NCBI GenBank assembly: GCA_043797085.1
Contig: JAZDQA010000013.1
Location: forward strand, 224,001 to 288,000
DNA: 64,000 nt
Direction of reading: 5' to 3'
Source of the DNA: Pseudomonadota bacterium
GTDB taxonomy: Bacteria > Campylobacterota > Campylobacteria > Campylobacterales > Sulfurimonadaceae
Made by a program: the position numbers and the translations under genes. Shown here in pieces: positions 9,729 to 19,914 of this stretch; within the stretch, counting starts at the first letter, position 1; every line of letters begins with the position of its first letter. Under the pieces are notes generated by a model. The model had not been told where the DNA came from, did not search any database, and saw only the letters and a program-made list of their open reading frames with translations.

Positions 9729-10619
9729 CTAAATCAACTTTTCCATCACATACATTATCAACGGCAATGTTACTAACGATACAATAATCCCATACCCAAC
9801 CAATGCAGCACTCAAAGCAGGAGCAAATCCTGAAGCAATTGCAAGCGCTCCTGCCGTAATCATCGAAGGCATCCCCGATTCTAACACTGCCGTCTTCAAA
9901 GCCAATGGCTCTACTCCCATCGCAAATAAAAGTCCAAATGCAAAAAATGGCATCACCACAAGCTTTAGAACCAAAGCTTTGGATAAAAGCGGATAATCAA
10001 GCTCTCCTCCTAATTGCATCGAATACCCTACGGATACCAAAGCAAGAGGGACGAGTGTCGAAGAGAGCAGTTGAATATAAGGCTGTATCGAATCAGGAAT
10101 TGATCCAAAAACCAAAGCAAATAGGAGAAAAATAAATGGTGGAAATAAGAGAAGTTTTTTGATAATTAGTCGTTTATGAAAAGACCCAGTCTCATAACGG
10201 GCAATCACCGCCGCTCCATACAAAGAGAGAATTAAAAACGTCCCAAACTGGTCATACATCAAAACATAAGGGATTGCCTGTTCGCCCAAAAGCGTGTGAA
10301 TGATCGGTATCCCAACAAACGAGGTATTTCCCAAAGGGATAACCAAGAGGAGTGCTGCACGAACATGGGGTGGGTGATTTCTCGTCAGAGCAAGAACAAT
10401 GGCAATTACAATCGGAAGCAGTAACCAAGGGATAAGAATCACGCTTAATGCCGAAAAGTCCAAATGAATTTTAGGCACTTGTATTAAAACCGTCGCTGGG
10501 AGCGAAACATAAATAACAAAAAAATTAAGACTTTTAGAAAAATCGGTCGGGGCATCGGTTTTTTGGAGCACTATCCCGATCATTAATAATGCAATAATAA
10601 ATATAAATTGTTCCATCAT
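9729..10619 (-). CDS. AEC (auxin efflux carrier) family transporter
   Basis: About 10 TM helices; motifs YVSLPA, GNTSFVGIP, PLALVSVG, VLESGMP. Confidence 0.88.
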   Translation of the reverse strand: MMEQFIFIIALLMIGIVLQKTDAPTDFSKSLNFFVIYVSLPATVLIQVPKIHLDFSALSVILIPWLLLPIVIAIVLALTRNHPPHVRAALLLVIPLGNTSFVGIPIIHTLLGEQAIPYVLMYDQFGTFLILSLYGAAVIARYETGSFHKRLIIKKLLLFPPFIFLLFALVFGSIPDSIQPYIQLLSSTLVPLALVSVGYSMQLGGELDYPLLSKALVLKLVVMPFFAFGLLFAMGVEPLALKTAVLESGMPSMITAGALAIASGFAPALSAALVGYGIIVSLVTLPLIMYVMEKLI

Positions 10620-10639
10620 CTCTCCTAAAAAATACTATA

Positions 10640-11050
10640 TCAACGATCCAGTATCTCTTCGGTCTCAATTCGAATATAAGGGTTTTTTCGGGTTTCTGTA
10701 AGAATCATTCTCAATCGATTTAATACACTTTGAGGGGATTTAGCGGAATCAAATGTATCCAGTGCAATACAAGAGGTATGATTCTTAAAATATTCATCCA
10801 ACCGATACATGATATTTTGTGACGCCTTATACGCATTATCTTGCTTGGTAAATGAAAAAATGACAAAGTAATGGTTATCATCAAGCTGTATAAGCTGATC
10901 AGAAATCCTAACATGCTGTGACAATTCGACAACACTTAAGGGCTGTTCGTGATACAGCAAAGCAAAAGTTGCATTCACTTGAAACCGCTCAGAAGTATAA
11001 TACGCTTTTTTTACGAGAACATTGACCCTGTTTACATTATTAAAATTCAT
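10640..11050 (-). CDS. Hypothetical protein, probable degenerate stand-alone GGDEF-like domain
   Basis: RISD-x5-DDNHY sits in the canonical RxxD-x5-GGDEF register; 136 aa. Confidence 0.55.
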   Translation of the reverse strand: MNFNNVNRVNVLVKKAYYTSERFQVNATFALLYHEQPLSVVELSQHVRISDQLIQLDDNHYFVIFSFTKQDNAYKASQNIMYRLDEYFKNHTSCIALDTFDSAKSPQSVLNRLRMILTETRKNPYIRIETEEILDR

Positions 11051-11102
11051 CTTATTCCAATAAATGATTTAATTTACAGGAGTATACCATTAATGCCACA
11101 AT

Positions 11103-11130
11103 TTATAAAAATCTCATTTTGTCCGATATA
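11103..11130 (+). promoter_or_regulatory. Possible sigma28 (FliA) promoter
   Basis: TTTTGTCCGATAT resembles the CGATwt -10 and lies about 28 nt upstream of the AAGGAG-led ATG at 11158. The -35 match is weak. Confidence 0.45.
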
Positions 11131-11157
11131 GATATAACTCCAAATAAAGGAGAAAAA

Positions 11158-11337
11158 ATGGATCCTATTAATTCGAATACGATGACCGCTTCTAGTGTAT
11201 CTGCTTTGAAAAAAGCAATAGATTTAGAGGGTCAAGGGGTGATGAAGGTATTGGAAAGTGCGCAAGTACTTCCTAGCCAACAAAACTCAGGTTCGTCAAT
11301 TACCGGCATTGGTCAAACACTAGACCTTCGCGCGTAA
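11158..11337 (+). CDS. Small YjfB-like putative motility protein (59 aa)
   Basis: Strong AAGGAG RBS before ATG 11158; pattern SVSALKKAID...KVLES...GIGQTLDLRA. Confidence 0.7.
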   Translation: MDPINSNTMTASSVSALKKAIDLEGQGVMKVLESAQVLPSQQNSGSSITGIGQTLDLRA

Positions 11338-11341
11338 TCTT

Positions 11342-11361
11342 CTCACCATCTTTATGGTGAG
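11342..11361 (+). terminator. Hairpin after the YjfB-like gene
   Basis: CTCACCAT-cttt-ATGGTGAG, a perfect 8-bp stem followed by TTGTT. Confidence 0.55.
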
Positions 11362-11402
11362 TTGTTACTATAATGTCACACTTTCTACCCATTGAGAACT
11401 TT

Positions 11403-12305
11403 ATGAATCTAACGTATACCTCTTCTAAAACTTCATTTATGACCATTTTAAAATGGCAGCTTTCCAAGCGTTTCAGCGCAAAGGACAAATCAATCAGCTC
11501 AATGCCCATCCAACACCGCGACAAGCTCCCTGATGGTGATTATGCGCTTTGGATGGGGCATGCAACGCTTTGGATTGGATTGAACAACAAACACATTGCT
11601 ATCGACCCTGTGTTGAAATCCATACCATTATATACACGTTGCACACCCTTGCCTATACCGCAAGAGCAACTTCACGCCGATGTGATCCTCCTCACCCATG
11701 CTCACTACGACCATTTTGACAAACCATCAGTTTTGAGCCTGCTGAAAAAAAATCCTGAGTGTATCATCGTAGCACCCGCAGGATTCTGGCGCTATTTAAA
11801 AGGGTATATTGCCATAGAAAGATGTTTTGAACTGGAGTGGTGGGAGTCGGTGATGATTGGGGGGCTATTTATCACCCTCACCCCAAGCAAGCACTGGAGC
11901 AAACGAACTCCTTTTGATACCAATAAGGCACTGTGGGGCGGATACGTCATTCAAAACAAAGAGCAGTGCATTTATCACAGTGGAGATACGGCTATGGGAG
12001 ATCATTTCAAAGAGATAGGGGAAAGATTCGAAATTAACGAAGCGTTTTTACCCATCGGAGCCTATCGCCCCGAGGCTATCATGAAGCACAACCACATGAA
12101 CCCTCCTGAAGCGCTGAGCGCATGTGAACTCTTGGGAGCTAAAATCCTCATCCCCATCCATTATGGAACGTTCAGGCTCTCCGATGAGCCGCTGGATGAA
12201 CCATTGGAGTGGTTTAACGCTTTGACAAGTGCGAATACCTATCCCTTTGAGACTAAAGCTCTAGGGATTGGGGAGGTTTATAGAGGAGCAGAATTACTAA
12301 TATAA
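11403..12305 (+). CDS. MBL-fold metallo-hydrolase (NAPE-PLD/RomA-like)
   Basis: Motifs WMGHAT, THAHYDHFD, HWSKR, SGDT, LPIGAY, HMNPPEA, PIHYGTF. The ORF-track ATG at 11373 lies inside a TATAAT, so I place the start at 11403 (uncertain). Confidence 0.88.
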   Translation: MNLTYTSSKTSFMTILKWQLSKRFSAKDKSISSMPIQHRDKLPDGDYALWMGHATLWIGLNNKHIAIDPVLKSIPLYTRCTPLPIPQEQLHADVILLTHAHYDHFDKPSVLSLLKKNPECIIVAPAGFWRYLKGYIAIERCFELEWWESVMIGGLFITLTPSKHWSKRTPFDTNKALWGGYVIQNKEQCIYHSGDTAMGDHFKEIGERFEINEAFLPIGAYRPEAIMKHNHMNPPEALSACELLGAKILIPIHYGTFRLSDEPLDEPLEWFNALTSANTYPFETKALGIGEVYRGAELLI

Positions 12306-15300
12306 AGCTGTGCGACTTGAGTGTTATCTGTATAGATACTGTACATAATACCACTAATGTTTACGTCTTGAGTAGTATCTGTCCATCCTGTCAACGTGAC
12401 GCTATCATTATCACCTTTGTTAATTCCGATGCCGTAATGACCTAGACCATCCGAAACACCTTGCGCTAATACATCAGCAGGAGTAATCGTGATGGCATTA
12501 ACACCTGTGTCTTGCGCGGAGTCGATGCCGTAAAGAGTATGATTATAGTTCAAATCTCCAACATTAAGCGCCATTGCGTCGTGTAATCCAACACCCACAG
12601 TTCCATTGCCCATGTTCATTTCGTAGGCGTAGGTATAGCTAAACGGATTGGTTTCTGTAAAGGAGAACACGTCTGTCCCTGCTTGCGTTACATTCATTTC
12701 GTTATTTGCAATGGAATACGTATTGGTTCGATCTCCTTCGTTAATTACCAAATTACCATTGCTGAGTGTTGCCGAAACGGAACTCCAGTTCTCAGTAGAA
12801 TCTGAATGGTTTGCTAGATTGCTGTTGTAATCTGTCGTTCCAGTAACGGTTCCATTGGTTCGTGTCACCATACCGTAATCATACATTGTGCCATTATTGT
12901 TGTTGTCATAGCCATTTTCACTCCAAAGAATGTCAGAATGAGCCACCAAATACGCACTCATATCGGCTGAACCGCCTGCTGAGTTTTGTCCCCATGTGTA
13001 GGACTCGGTATAATGACTTTCAAAGGCGTAAAAACCGTTAAACCCTCCCATTAACTGTATATCGGAAGTACGACCATTACTTGCGGTTGCGGCAATGTGC
13101 ATAGTATTGGTTGTTGTGTCTACTGTGAATGTTTGAACCGTATCTGCTGTCCCGTTAATAAAATAATCCTGTGCGGTATTGTTGGTAAAATCAAAGACTG
13201 TTTTTGCCCATGTCGTACCGTATTGATCCCCAAAATTATCGGTACTGGTTTCCCAAAGCGTCATTATGCCGCTGGATGGGAACGGATCAACGGTTGCAGT
13301 CGTGCTAATGAGAGTCCAAATCGCAGGAGGTCCTTGAGTTTCGCCGTTCATCTCGACTGTGAGATCGGTATCGGTTTGTCCCAAGATGATCATATCACCG
13401 CTGCCTGAGAGCATTTTATAGCTGTAGGTTATCCCCTCAACGCTAGCTGAAGCGATACCATTTGCAAGAGTAAGATTATGGACAAGACCATTTGGTTCGG
13501 TGATCGTTCCTGCTGTTGCTGAGCTAAATACCATTGTCACATAGCCATCGGTAAAGGTTGTTCCCACTGGGAATGCCGTAATAGCCGTTTCGGTTGCTGC
13601 GAGAGTAGAGCTGATGATGACAGCGTCAAATGGAGTACCTATGATGATCGGCGCATTAGCCGCAATTACATCAATAACAACACCTTGAAATGTTACTAGA
13701 CTTGGACCATAAAACATTGTTTCAGAATAACTCGTACCCGCTGCTGCTATCTCAGTTGACAAAAGCACACCATTCTCTACTTTAAAAGCATGAATTCCTT
13801 GGTTGGGGACGGTGACGGTAAGATACTCTACACCACTGATGGTTTCAATAGCCCATGTTCCGCCTGAAATAGCAGCTCCATCTACTGTATGCTTATCAAT
13901 CTGCTGAAGACCATTTTGATCCGTATAAGTATTGTAGGTTCCATCCCATACCTGCGAAATCAACGTTCCCGATGTTGCACCTGTTGTACCCACTAAATTA
14001 ACTCTGGTATTTTCATTGATATAGACATCACCGCCCCAATTTGGACTCACAAATGCATCACGAAGACCTGTCAATGTTGTGATAGGAGCTTGTCCGCCTT
14101 GACCATTATTTAAACTTTGATCCCAATAGGTATAGTTCTCTGTCCACCAGTCGGTCGCTGTGGCTACTGTATTTGTTTGTGCGGTTACCGTCCATGTTGC
14201 TGTTACACTATTAAGACCCGTTGTGACTACTCCATCGACAGAAGTGACAGCTTTTGCATCTGAAAATACTACCGTTTCAGTTGTTCCGCTGTGCGTCAGT
14301 GTTACACCCGTAGCGGTGGTACTAACAACATCAAAGTTTCCTGCATCATTAGTATCCGCGACATACGCTCCATTAGCGTAGTTGTAGCTTGCAAATGAAC
14401 CCTCAGTTGTCGAGCCACTAACCACATCACCGATGGAGAGACTCCAAATTCCCAGATCATAACTATCGACACCAAAAAAGTTTGTTGTAGAATCTATTGT
14501 TGCAGCAGCTCCATAGACATACGCCATTGAGCTTGGCATATCGATAGCAGCGAGATTAATCGTTTGGGTTGATATTCCGCCATGTCCATCGTCTAGTGTT
14601 ACATTCAATGAACCGCTTGTTGCTGTGGTTGATCCGGTGATGATTCCGTTGCTGATCGATAAACCCGTCGGAAGAGTAGAAGAGTTTACTGTAATCGTGA
14701 CAGTATCTCCGTCTGGATCACTGACATAATTTTGGAGGTCAATATTGAGTGCTTGACCTTTGGCAATAAGAAGAGTATTGTTATTTATCATGGTGTATGG
14801 AGTATAGTTTGGTGGCGGATTTCCACCATCAGCCGATACCCCGTTGGAAATAGTGGAGACGTTACCCGCACTATCGGTTTGACGAATGCTAAAAGTGTGT
14901 GAGCCTACCGTACTAATAGCAAAGGTATTTCCAGTACCAGCGAAGAAAGAGCCGCCATCGATTTGATATTCCCACGTAGCACCAACTTCGAGATTACTCA
15001 CTGTAGCTGTGCCACTAGAGAGAGTATAGCCTAGTGCCGATACCACCGTATCTGCCGTAAATGTTTTACTCACAATCCCAACGTTTCCAGCAAGATCCGT
15101 AATCTCAGCCGAGCGGGTATGGGTTCCGTCACTTAATACACCTGTTGTTGTATAGGTCAGGCTCCATGCTCCACCAGTAACCGTAGTCGTTCCTTTTATA
15201 TTTCCGTCAATTTTTACAACAACGGTTGAGCCGTTTTCAGCATCACTGGTTCCAGTAATGGTTTTGCTGCCTGCAACGTTTTCAGTGGCATTAAGAATGT

Positions 15301-18300
15301 TGTCAAATGATGCGTTACTGATCGTACCTGTTGGAGCTACAGAGTCAACACTAAAGGAATGCGTTGCTTGAACAGCAGGGTTTCCTGCGGTATCTGAGAC
15401 ATCCGCTGTAATAGAGTAAGAGCCTTGAGTAAGCGTTCCTAAATCTGAAGCGCTCACCGGAAAACTCCATGCTCCGCTTGATACCGTTGCCGTACCAAGA
15501 TCAAATCCATTAATTTTTACCGTAACAATGCGTCCATCTTCAGCGGTTGTTGTTCCGCTGATCGCTCCACCTGCAGCGACTTCAGCAGTATTAAGAATAT
15601 CATCCGCGGTAATAGCACTTATAGTGATTGTCGGTGCTGCTGCATCTACGGTAAAGTCACTGCTGACAATTGCAATATTTCCAGCAGTATCCGATACTTC
15701 TGCACTGCGAATATGCGCTCCATCACTCAAAAAAGGAGCAATAGCTGCAAAGGTAACACTCCATGCTCCGCCGCTAACAATGCCTGTCCCTTTTGCAATC
15801 CCATCTACTTTGTAGGTAACGACTTGACCGTCTTGGGCTGTTGTTGTTCCTGTAATCGTTTTAATTGGATTTGAATTTTCCAGTGCATTAAGAATATTAT
15901 CTGCCGTTGCAGGGTTCATCGTGATAATAGGCGCAACGGTATCAACCGTAATATCTTTGGTAATCGTTGTTCCACCCGAAACGATCGTGAGAATTTCAGA
16001 TCCTTCTCCCATCGCGGTGATCGCTGCAGTATCGAGAGCGTAACTCCATGAAGTTCCATTTACAGTAGCATTTTGTCCATTTACAGTTACAACACTAATG
16101 CCCGGTTCATTGTTTCCGGTGAGGGTTACACCTGTTGCTTTTTCGGCTGCGCTGATAATATTATCTGTTGCTACATTGTTAACGGTAACATCAACATTTT
16201 GAACCGTGATGGCTACGGCTTGATTGCTGGTGTTGCCTGCGGTATCGGTTGCGGTGACTGTAATATCGTAGGTATTATTCGTTCCTGCATCGGTAGGATT
16301 TTCATAGTCAGGTGCAACTTTAAAGGTTACTGCACCACTGACACTGTCTACATTAAAGAGCGCTGCATCCGTACCGCCGAGGCTGTAAGTAGCATCTCCT
16401 GTTGCAACTGCTGTATAGACTGCGGTTGTTGTGTTTTCTGAAACAGTTGTGGTTGTACCGCTGGTAAAGGTCGGTGCGATTGTATCAATCATTAATGTTT
16501 TTGTGAGCGTTGCGGTATTGCCTGCTGTATCGGTATCGGTTACCACAACCGTATGCGACCCTTCGGTAGTTGGTGCGACATATATTGCGCTTGCTGATCC
16601 GCCATCTACAACAAATGAGCGAGTAACGTCAACAGCTGCTGTATTAAAAGTCAATGCTGCGCTGTTGGTGATGTCATCCGTCGCACTGGTACCGCTATCG
16701 GTTGTCAAAACAGCTGTTGGTGTGGCAATAGTAGTATCAAGAGTAAAGGTTTTTGCTACTGTCGCGGTGTTACCTGCTGTGTCAGTATCGGTTACTGTAA
16801 CGGTATGTGATCCATCAGCAGTTGGTGCCACGTATGTTGCACTGGCTGATCCTGCGTCTACCGTAAAGGTACGCGTAACATCGGCAGCTTTAGAACTAAA
16901 GGTTAATGCCGCACTGTTAGTGATGTCATCCGTCGCACTCGTACCGCTATCGGTTGTCAAAACAGCTGTTGGTGTGGCAATAGTAGTATCAATATTGATG
17001 GTTTTTGTTCTCGTCGTTGCATTTCCGGCAGCATCGGTTGTTACGATCGTGAGCGTTTCAGATCCCTCACCCATAGCAGTGTAATCACCAGATGTAAGTG
17101 TATAACTCCATGTAGTTCCTGTAACGGTTGCAGATGCTCCGTTTACCGTGACGGTTGCTCCTGCTTCGTTGACGCCGGTTACGGTAACGGTTGCTGCTTT
17201 TTCAGCACTGTTTATGATGTTATCTGTTGCTATAGAATTGACCGTCAAAAGTGGTGCGCCAGTATCTACAGTGATAGCTTGTGATACCAAAGCACTAACA
17301 TTTCCGGCAGCATCTTTGGCAGTAGCGGTAATAGTTGTCCCAGAACCAATGCTCGTATAGTCTGCTTCCGTGAGAGTGTATGTCCATGCACCAGAACCAT
17401 TTGTAGTAACGGCATGAATATTTCCAGCACCCAAAGTAAGTGTGATAAGAGCATTAGCCTCGGCGGTTCCGCTGATGGTGACCGTGCCATTTTTTTCGGC
17501 TGTGTTAATAGCACTATCTGTCGAAACAGCATTGATAGTTGGTGCTGTTGGAGTGATGGTATCAATAGTAATATTACGAGTAGAGTCGGCGAATGTAGCA
17601 TTGGCTGCTGTAACTCTAACGTCGATGGTTTCAGTACCTTCACCCATAGCAGTATAATCACCGGCAGTAAGCGTATAACTCCATGAAGTCCCCGTTACCG
17701 TAGCGGCATTTCCTTCTACGGTTACCGTTGAACCTGATGCGATGGTTCCGCTCAAGACGACACCCGCTGTTTTTTCTACGAGATTGATGATGTCATCTGT
17801 GGCTATACGATTAATCGTTGATGGTGTAGTAGGCGTGGTATCTACGGTCACATTTACCGATGGGTAAGGTGCGCTAATATTACCTGCTTGGTCAACGATA
17901 ACAGCACTGATAGCATGAACCCCCTCAGAAAGAACGGGAGAGTTTAGGGTGATATATCCCCGTGCAATATCAAGCTCTGAGAGTGTTGAAGAAGCTATTT
18001 GAACGCCATCGGCCTTTAGAAGAACGGTATCACCTGAAATTGCTGCTGTTCCGTCAGTTGAAGTGGTAGTTAGGTTGATTTTGATTGCCGGAGTGGTATC
18101 TGCGGTAATAGCGGTAGCAGTAATCGTTGAAGCGCTCACAGCAACAGTATCCAATGCAACGGATTGCGCTGTTGTGATTTCGCTCAAAACTGTTGCTGCT
18201 TGTATAGCCGTTGAAGCATCGGCAATGGCACTTTGCACTTCATCACTCAGGGTGACACCTGCTGTCATGTTTGAAATGGTAGTGGAATCGCCTAAATCAA

Positions 18301-19819
18301 GAACAACTGTGGATGTTTCGGATGCTTGGATTTGAGTGACGATGTTGCTGATGATGGTATTGGTAGCCGTAGTTGCGGCAGTTGAGTCAGCTGCACTTTC
18401 AGCGGCGAGGGTGATGATGGTTGCTACGGTTGCGGCGGCTTGTTGAGCGACAAGAGCATTTGCTGCAACGGTTGGATCAGAGCTTTGAGCCGCTTCAATC
18501 GGATCATAGGTTGTCAGATTGGTACCTGCGGTCAGTCCTAACGCGGTTACAACGCTGGTTGAGGCATCTGCTATGGAAGTTGATGGGTTTGCTTGAATAA
18601 TCGCTTGAACCAATGTCGTCAATGGATTGATAACGGTTGACCCCTCGGGCGCACGTAATGGCATAGTATTTTCAACGCCCGTATCGATGTTCACCCCGCC
18701 GATTGCAACAATCGAGCCTGAGGGTGTTCCAGGAGGGAGGAAAAAGTTACCACTTTCATCGGTAGTGAGACCTGTATTGTAGTCTTGAACTCCATCATGA
18801 TTGGTATCGATCCAGATTTGCGCTCCGCGAACGTATCCGTCGGCTACGGCTCCCGATGAGAGAGAAGCAATAGCGACGGCATCATTTCCTGAGGCATCTT
18901 GGATGGCATTTACACCACTTCCGTTGTAGCTAATAACCACTGCATCACCAGCGCTAAACGCAGATGTAAGAGTGAGAGTAACCGTAGATCCCGAGACCGC
19001 AACAGCAGTTACAACATTGGCGACACCACCTGTTGTAATGGTGAAACTAGTAGAAAGTGGAGGATGAGATGCATCAAGAGTTTCTCCGTAGGTCAATACA
19101 ACGGTTTTGCTCACACCGTGCGCTAAAACACCCGTTAGTACTGGAGCTGTCGTATCAGCAGGAGCGGAAGGAGCACTGCTCCCACCTCCGCCGCCACCTG
19201 CTGCAACGGCAACTACGCCTACGCCAAGAGCACCCAATCCGACCATGGCACCCGTAGACATCCCAGCAAAGAGTCCGCCTGCTGTTTCTACTGTTGCAGC
19301 TGTACCTGCGCCAGCACCTCCTGCAACTGCGTCTGTAGCTACTCCTGTAGCCACCTGGGCATAACGGTCCAAATGCGCAAGCGATGTGTTGTTGGCAAGA
19401 GCCGTTTGAAGTGTTTCGTTTTGGGACACCATGCCCATCAATGTCGTGGTATTACCATGAGAATAGACCAAACTGCTTCCATTAGAAAGAGTTGTTCCTG
19501 TATCGGTGGATGCAATAGTATGGCTTGCCCCATTATCTAAAGACAGTTCGATTTCAGCTCCCGGGGAGGTATAAAACCCTTCCAAAGAAATTTGAGTTCC
19601 ATCTGCGTACTGAAGCGAAAGGGTATCCCCCTCTTTTAGTGCGATAACATCGTCCGCAATCGAGTCTGCTCCCGCTTTTTTGAGGCGAAATTTCTCGCCT
19701 GCTTTCACACTTATTTTCGTGTGCGACCCGGTAGCTCCTTCACCAAAAGAACCTTTATTTCCCACTACTTGCACTGCTTCGATCACATTTGCCGATGGCA
19801 TCTCAACTGCTGGTTTCAT
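12278..19819 (-). CDS. Giant type I-secreted adhesin (2513 aa; BapA-like N-terminus, SwmB-like, Ig-like and cadherin-like repeats)
   Basis: Thr/Ala/Gly-rich; many DxAGN...VDT Ig-like units; APDYENPTD cadherin-like motif; hydrophobic helix plus poly-Gly near the N-terminus; immediately downstream of the T1SS genes. Confidence 0.9.
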   Translation of the reverse strand: MKPAVEMPSANVIEAVQVVGNKGSFGEGATGSHTKISVKAGEKFRLKKAGADSIADDVIALKEGDTLSLQYADGTQISLEGFYTSPGAEIELSLDNGASHTIASTDTGTTLSNGSSLVYSHGNTTTLMGMVSQNETLQTALANNTSLAHLDRYAQVATGVATDAVAGGAGAGTAATVETAGGLFAGMSTGAMVGLGALGVGVVAVAAGGGGGGSSAPSAPADTTAPVLTGVLAHGVSKTVVLTYGETLDASHPPLSTSFTITTGGVANVVTAVAVSGSTVTLTLTSAFSAGDAVVISYNGSGVNAIQDASGNDAVAIASLSSGAVADGYVRGAQIWIDTNHDGVQDYNTGLTTDESGNFFLPPGTPSGSIVAIGGVNIDTGVENTMPLRAPEGSTVINPLTTLVQAIIQANPSTSIADASTSVVTALGLTAGTNLTTYDPIEAAQSSDPTVAANALVAQQAAATVATIITLAAESAADSTAATTATNTIISNIVTQIQASETSTVVLDLGDSTTISNMTAGVTLSDEVQSAIADASTAIQAATVLSEITTAQSVALDTVAVSASTITATAITADTTPAIKINLTTTSTDGTAAISGDTVLLKADGVQIASSTLSELDIARGYITLNSPVLSEGVHAISAVIVDQAGNISAPYPSVNVTVDTTPTTPSTINRIATDDIINLVEKTAGVVLSGTIASGSTVTVEGNAATVTGTSWSYTLTAGDYTAMGEGTETIDVRVTAANATFADSTRNITIDTITPTAPTINAVSTDSAINTAEKNGTVTISGTAEANALITLTLGAGNIHAVTTNGSGAWTYTLTEADYTSIGSGTTITATAKDAAGNVSALVSQAITVDTGAPLLTVNSIATDNIINSAEKAATVTVTGVNEAGATVTVNGASATVTGTTWSYTLTSGDYTAMGEGSETLTIVTTDAAGNATTRTKTINIDTTIATPTAVLTTDSGTSATDDITNSAALTFSSKAADVTRTFTVDAGSASATYVAPTADGSHTVTVTDTDTAGNTATVAKTFTLDTTIATPTAVLTTDSGTSATDDITNSAALTFNTAAVDVTRSFVVDGGSASAIYVAPTTEGSHTVVVTDTDTAGNTATLTKTLMIDTIAPTFTSGTTTTVSENTTTAVYTAVATGDATYSLGGTDAALFNVDSVSGAVTFKVAPDYENPTDAGTNNTYDITVTATDTAGNTSNQAVAITVQNVDVTVNNVATDNIISAAEKATGVTLTGNNEPGISVVTVNGQNATVNGTSWSYALDTAAITAMGEGSEILTIVSGGTTITKDITVDTVAPIITMNPATADNILNALENSNPIKTITGTTTAQDGQVVTYKVDGIAKGTGIVSGGAWSVTFAAIAPFLSDGAHIRSAEVSDTAGNIAIVSSDFTVDAAAPTITISAITADDILNTAEVAAGGAISGTTTAEDGRIVTVKINGFDLGTATVSSGAWSFPVSASDLGTLTQGSYSITADVSDTAGNPAVQATHSFSVDSVAPTGTISNASFDNILNATENVAGSKTITGTSDAENGSTVVVKIDGNIKGTTTVTGGAWSLTYTTTGVLSDGTHTRSAEITDLAGNVGIVSKTFTADTVVSALGYTLSSGTATVSNLEVGATWEYQIDGGSFFAGTGNTFAISTVGSHTFSIRQTDSAGNVSTISNGVSADGGNPPPNYTPYTMINNNTLLIAKGQALNIDLQNYVSDPDGDTVTITVNSSTLPTGLSISNGIITGSTTATSGSLNVTLDDGHGGISTQTINLAAIDMPSSMAYVYGAAATIDSTTNFFGVDSYDLGIWSLSIGDVVSGSTTEGSFASYNYANGAYVADTNDAGNFDVVSTTATGVTLTHSGTTETVVFSDAKAVTSVDGVVTTGLNSVTATWTVTAQTNTVATATDWWTENYTYWDQSLNNGQGGQAPITTLTGLRDAFVSPNWGGDVYINENTRVNLVGTTGATSGTLISQVWDGTYNTYTDQNGLQQIDKHTVDGAAISGGTWAIETISGVEYLTVTVPNQGIHAFKVENGVLLSTEIAAAGTSYSETMFYGPSLVTFQGVVIDVIAANAPIIIGTPFDAVIISSTLAATETAITAFPVGTTFTDGYVTMVFSSATAGTITEPNGLVHNLTLANGIASASVEGITYSYKMLSGSGDMIILGQTDTDLTVEMNGETQGPPAIWTLISTTATVDPFPSSGIMTLWETSTDNFGDQYGTTWAKTVFDFTNNTAQDYFINGTADTVQTFTVDTTTNTMHIAATASNGRTSDIQLMGGFNGFYAFESHYTESYTWGQNSAGGSADMSAYLVAHSDILWSENGYDNNNNGTMYDYGMVTRTNGTVTGTTDYNSNLANHSDSTENWSSVSATLSNGNLVINEGDRTNTYSIANNEMNVTQAGTDVFSFTETNPFSYTYAYEMNMGNGTVGVGLHDAMALNVGDLNYNHTLYGIDSAQDTGVNAITITPADVLAQGVSDGLGHYGIGINKGDNDSVTLTGWTDTTQDVNISGIMYSIYTDNTQVAQLYISNSAPL
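16489..16992. repeat. Tandem 252-bp (84 aa) duplication inside the adhesin
   Basis: 16669-16740 and 16921-16992 match at 71 of 72 nt. The protein unit IATPTAVLTTDSGTSATDDITNSAALTF occurs twice. Confidence 0.9.
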
Positions 19820-19914
19820 CTCGCTTGCCTTTAACGTCAGAATTATTATCCGTTATTTATAACACAACGAATCTTAATATATCTTCAAAAAGCTTTTAAA
19901 ATCAACAAAATATA

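Noticed and set aside
9411..9776. Short ORFs over the tRNA cluster
   Set aside because: They are translations of tRNA sequence.
16489..16992. Repeats as a possible CRISPR array
   Set aside because: It is an in-frame 252-bp coding duplication, with no short repeat-spacer pattern and no cas genes.
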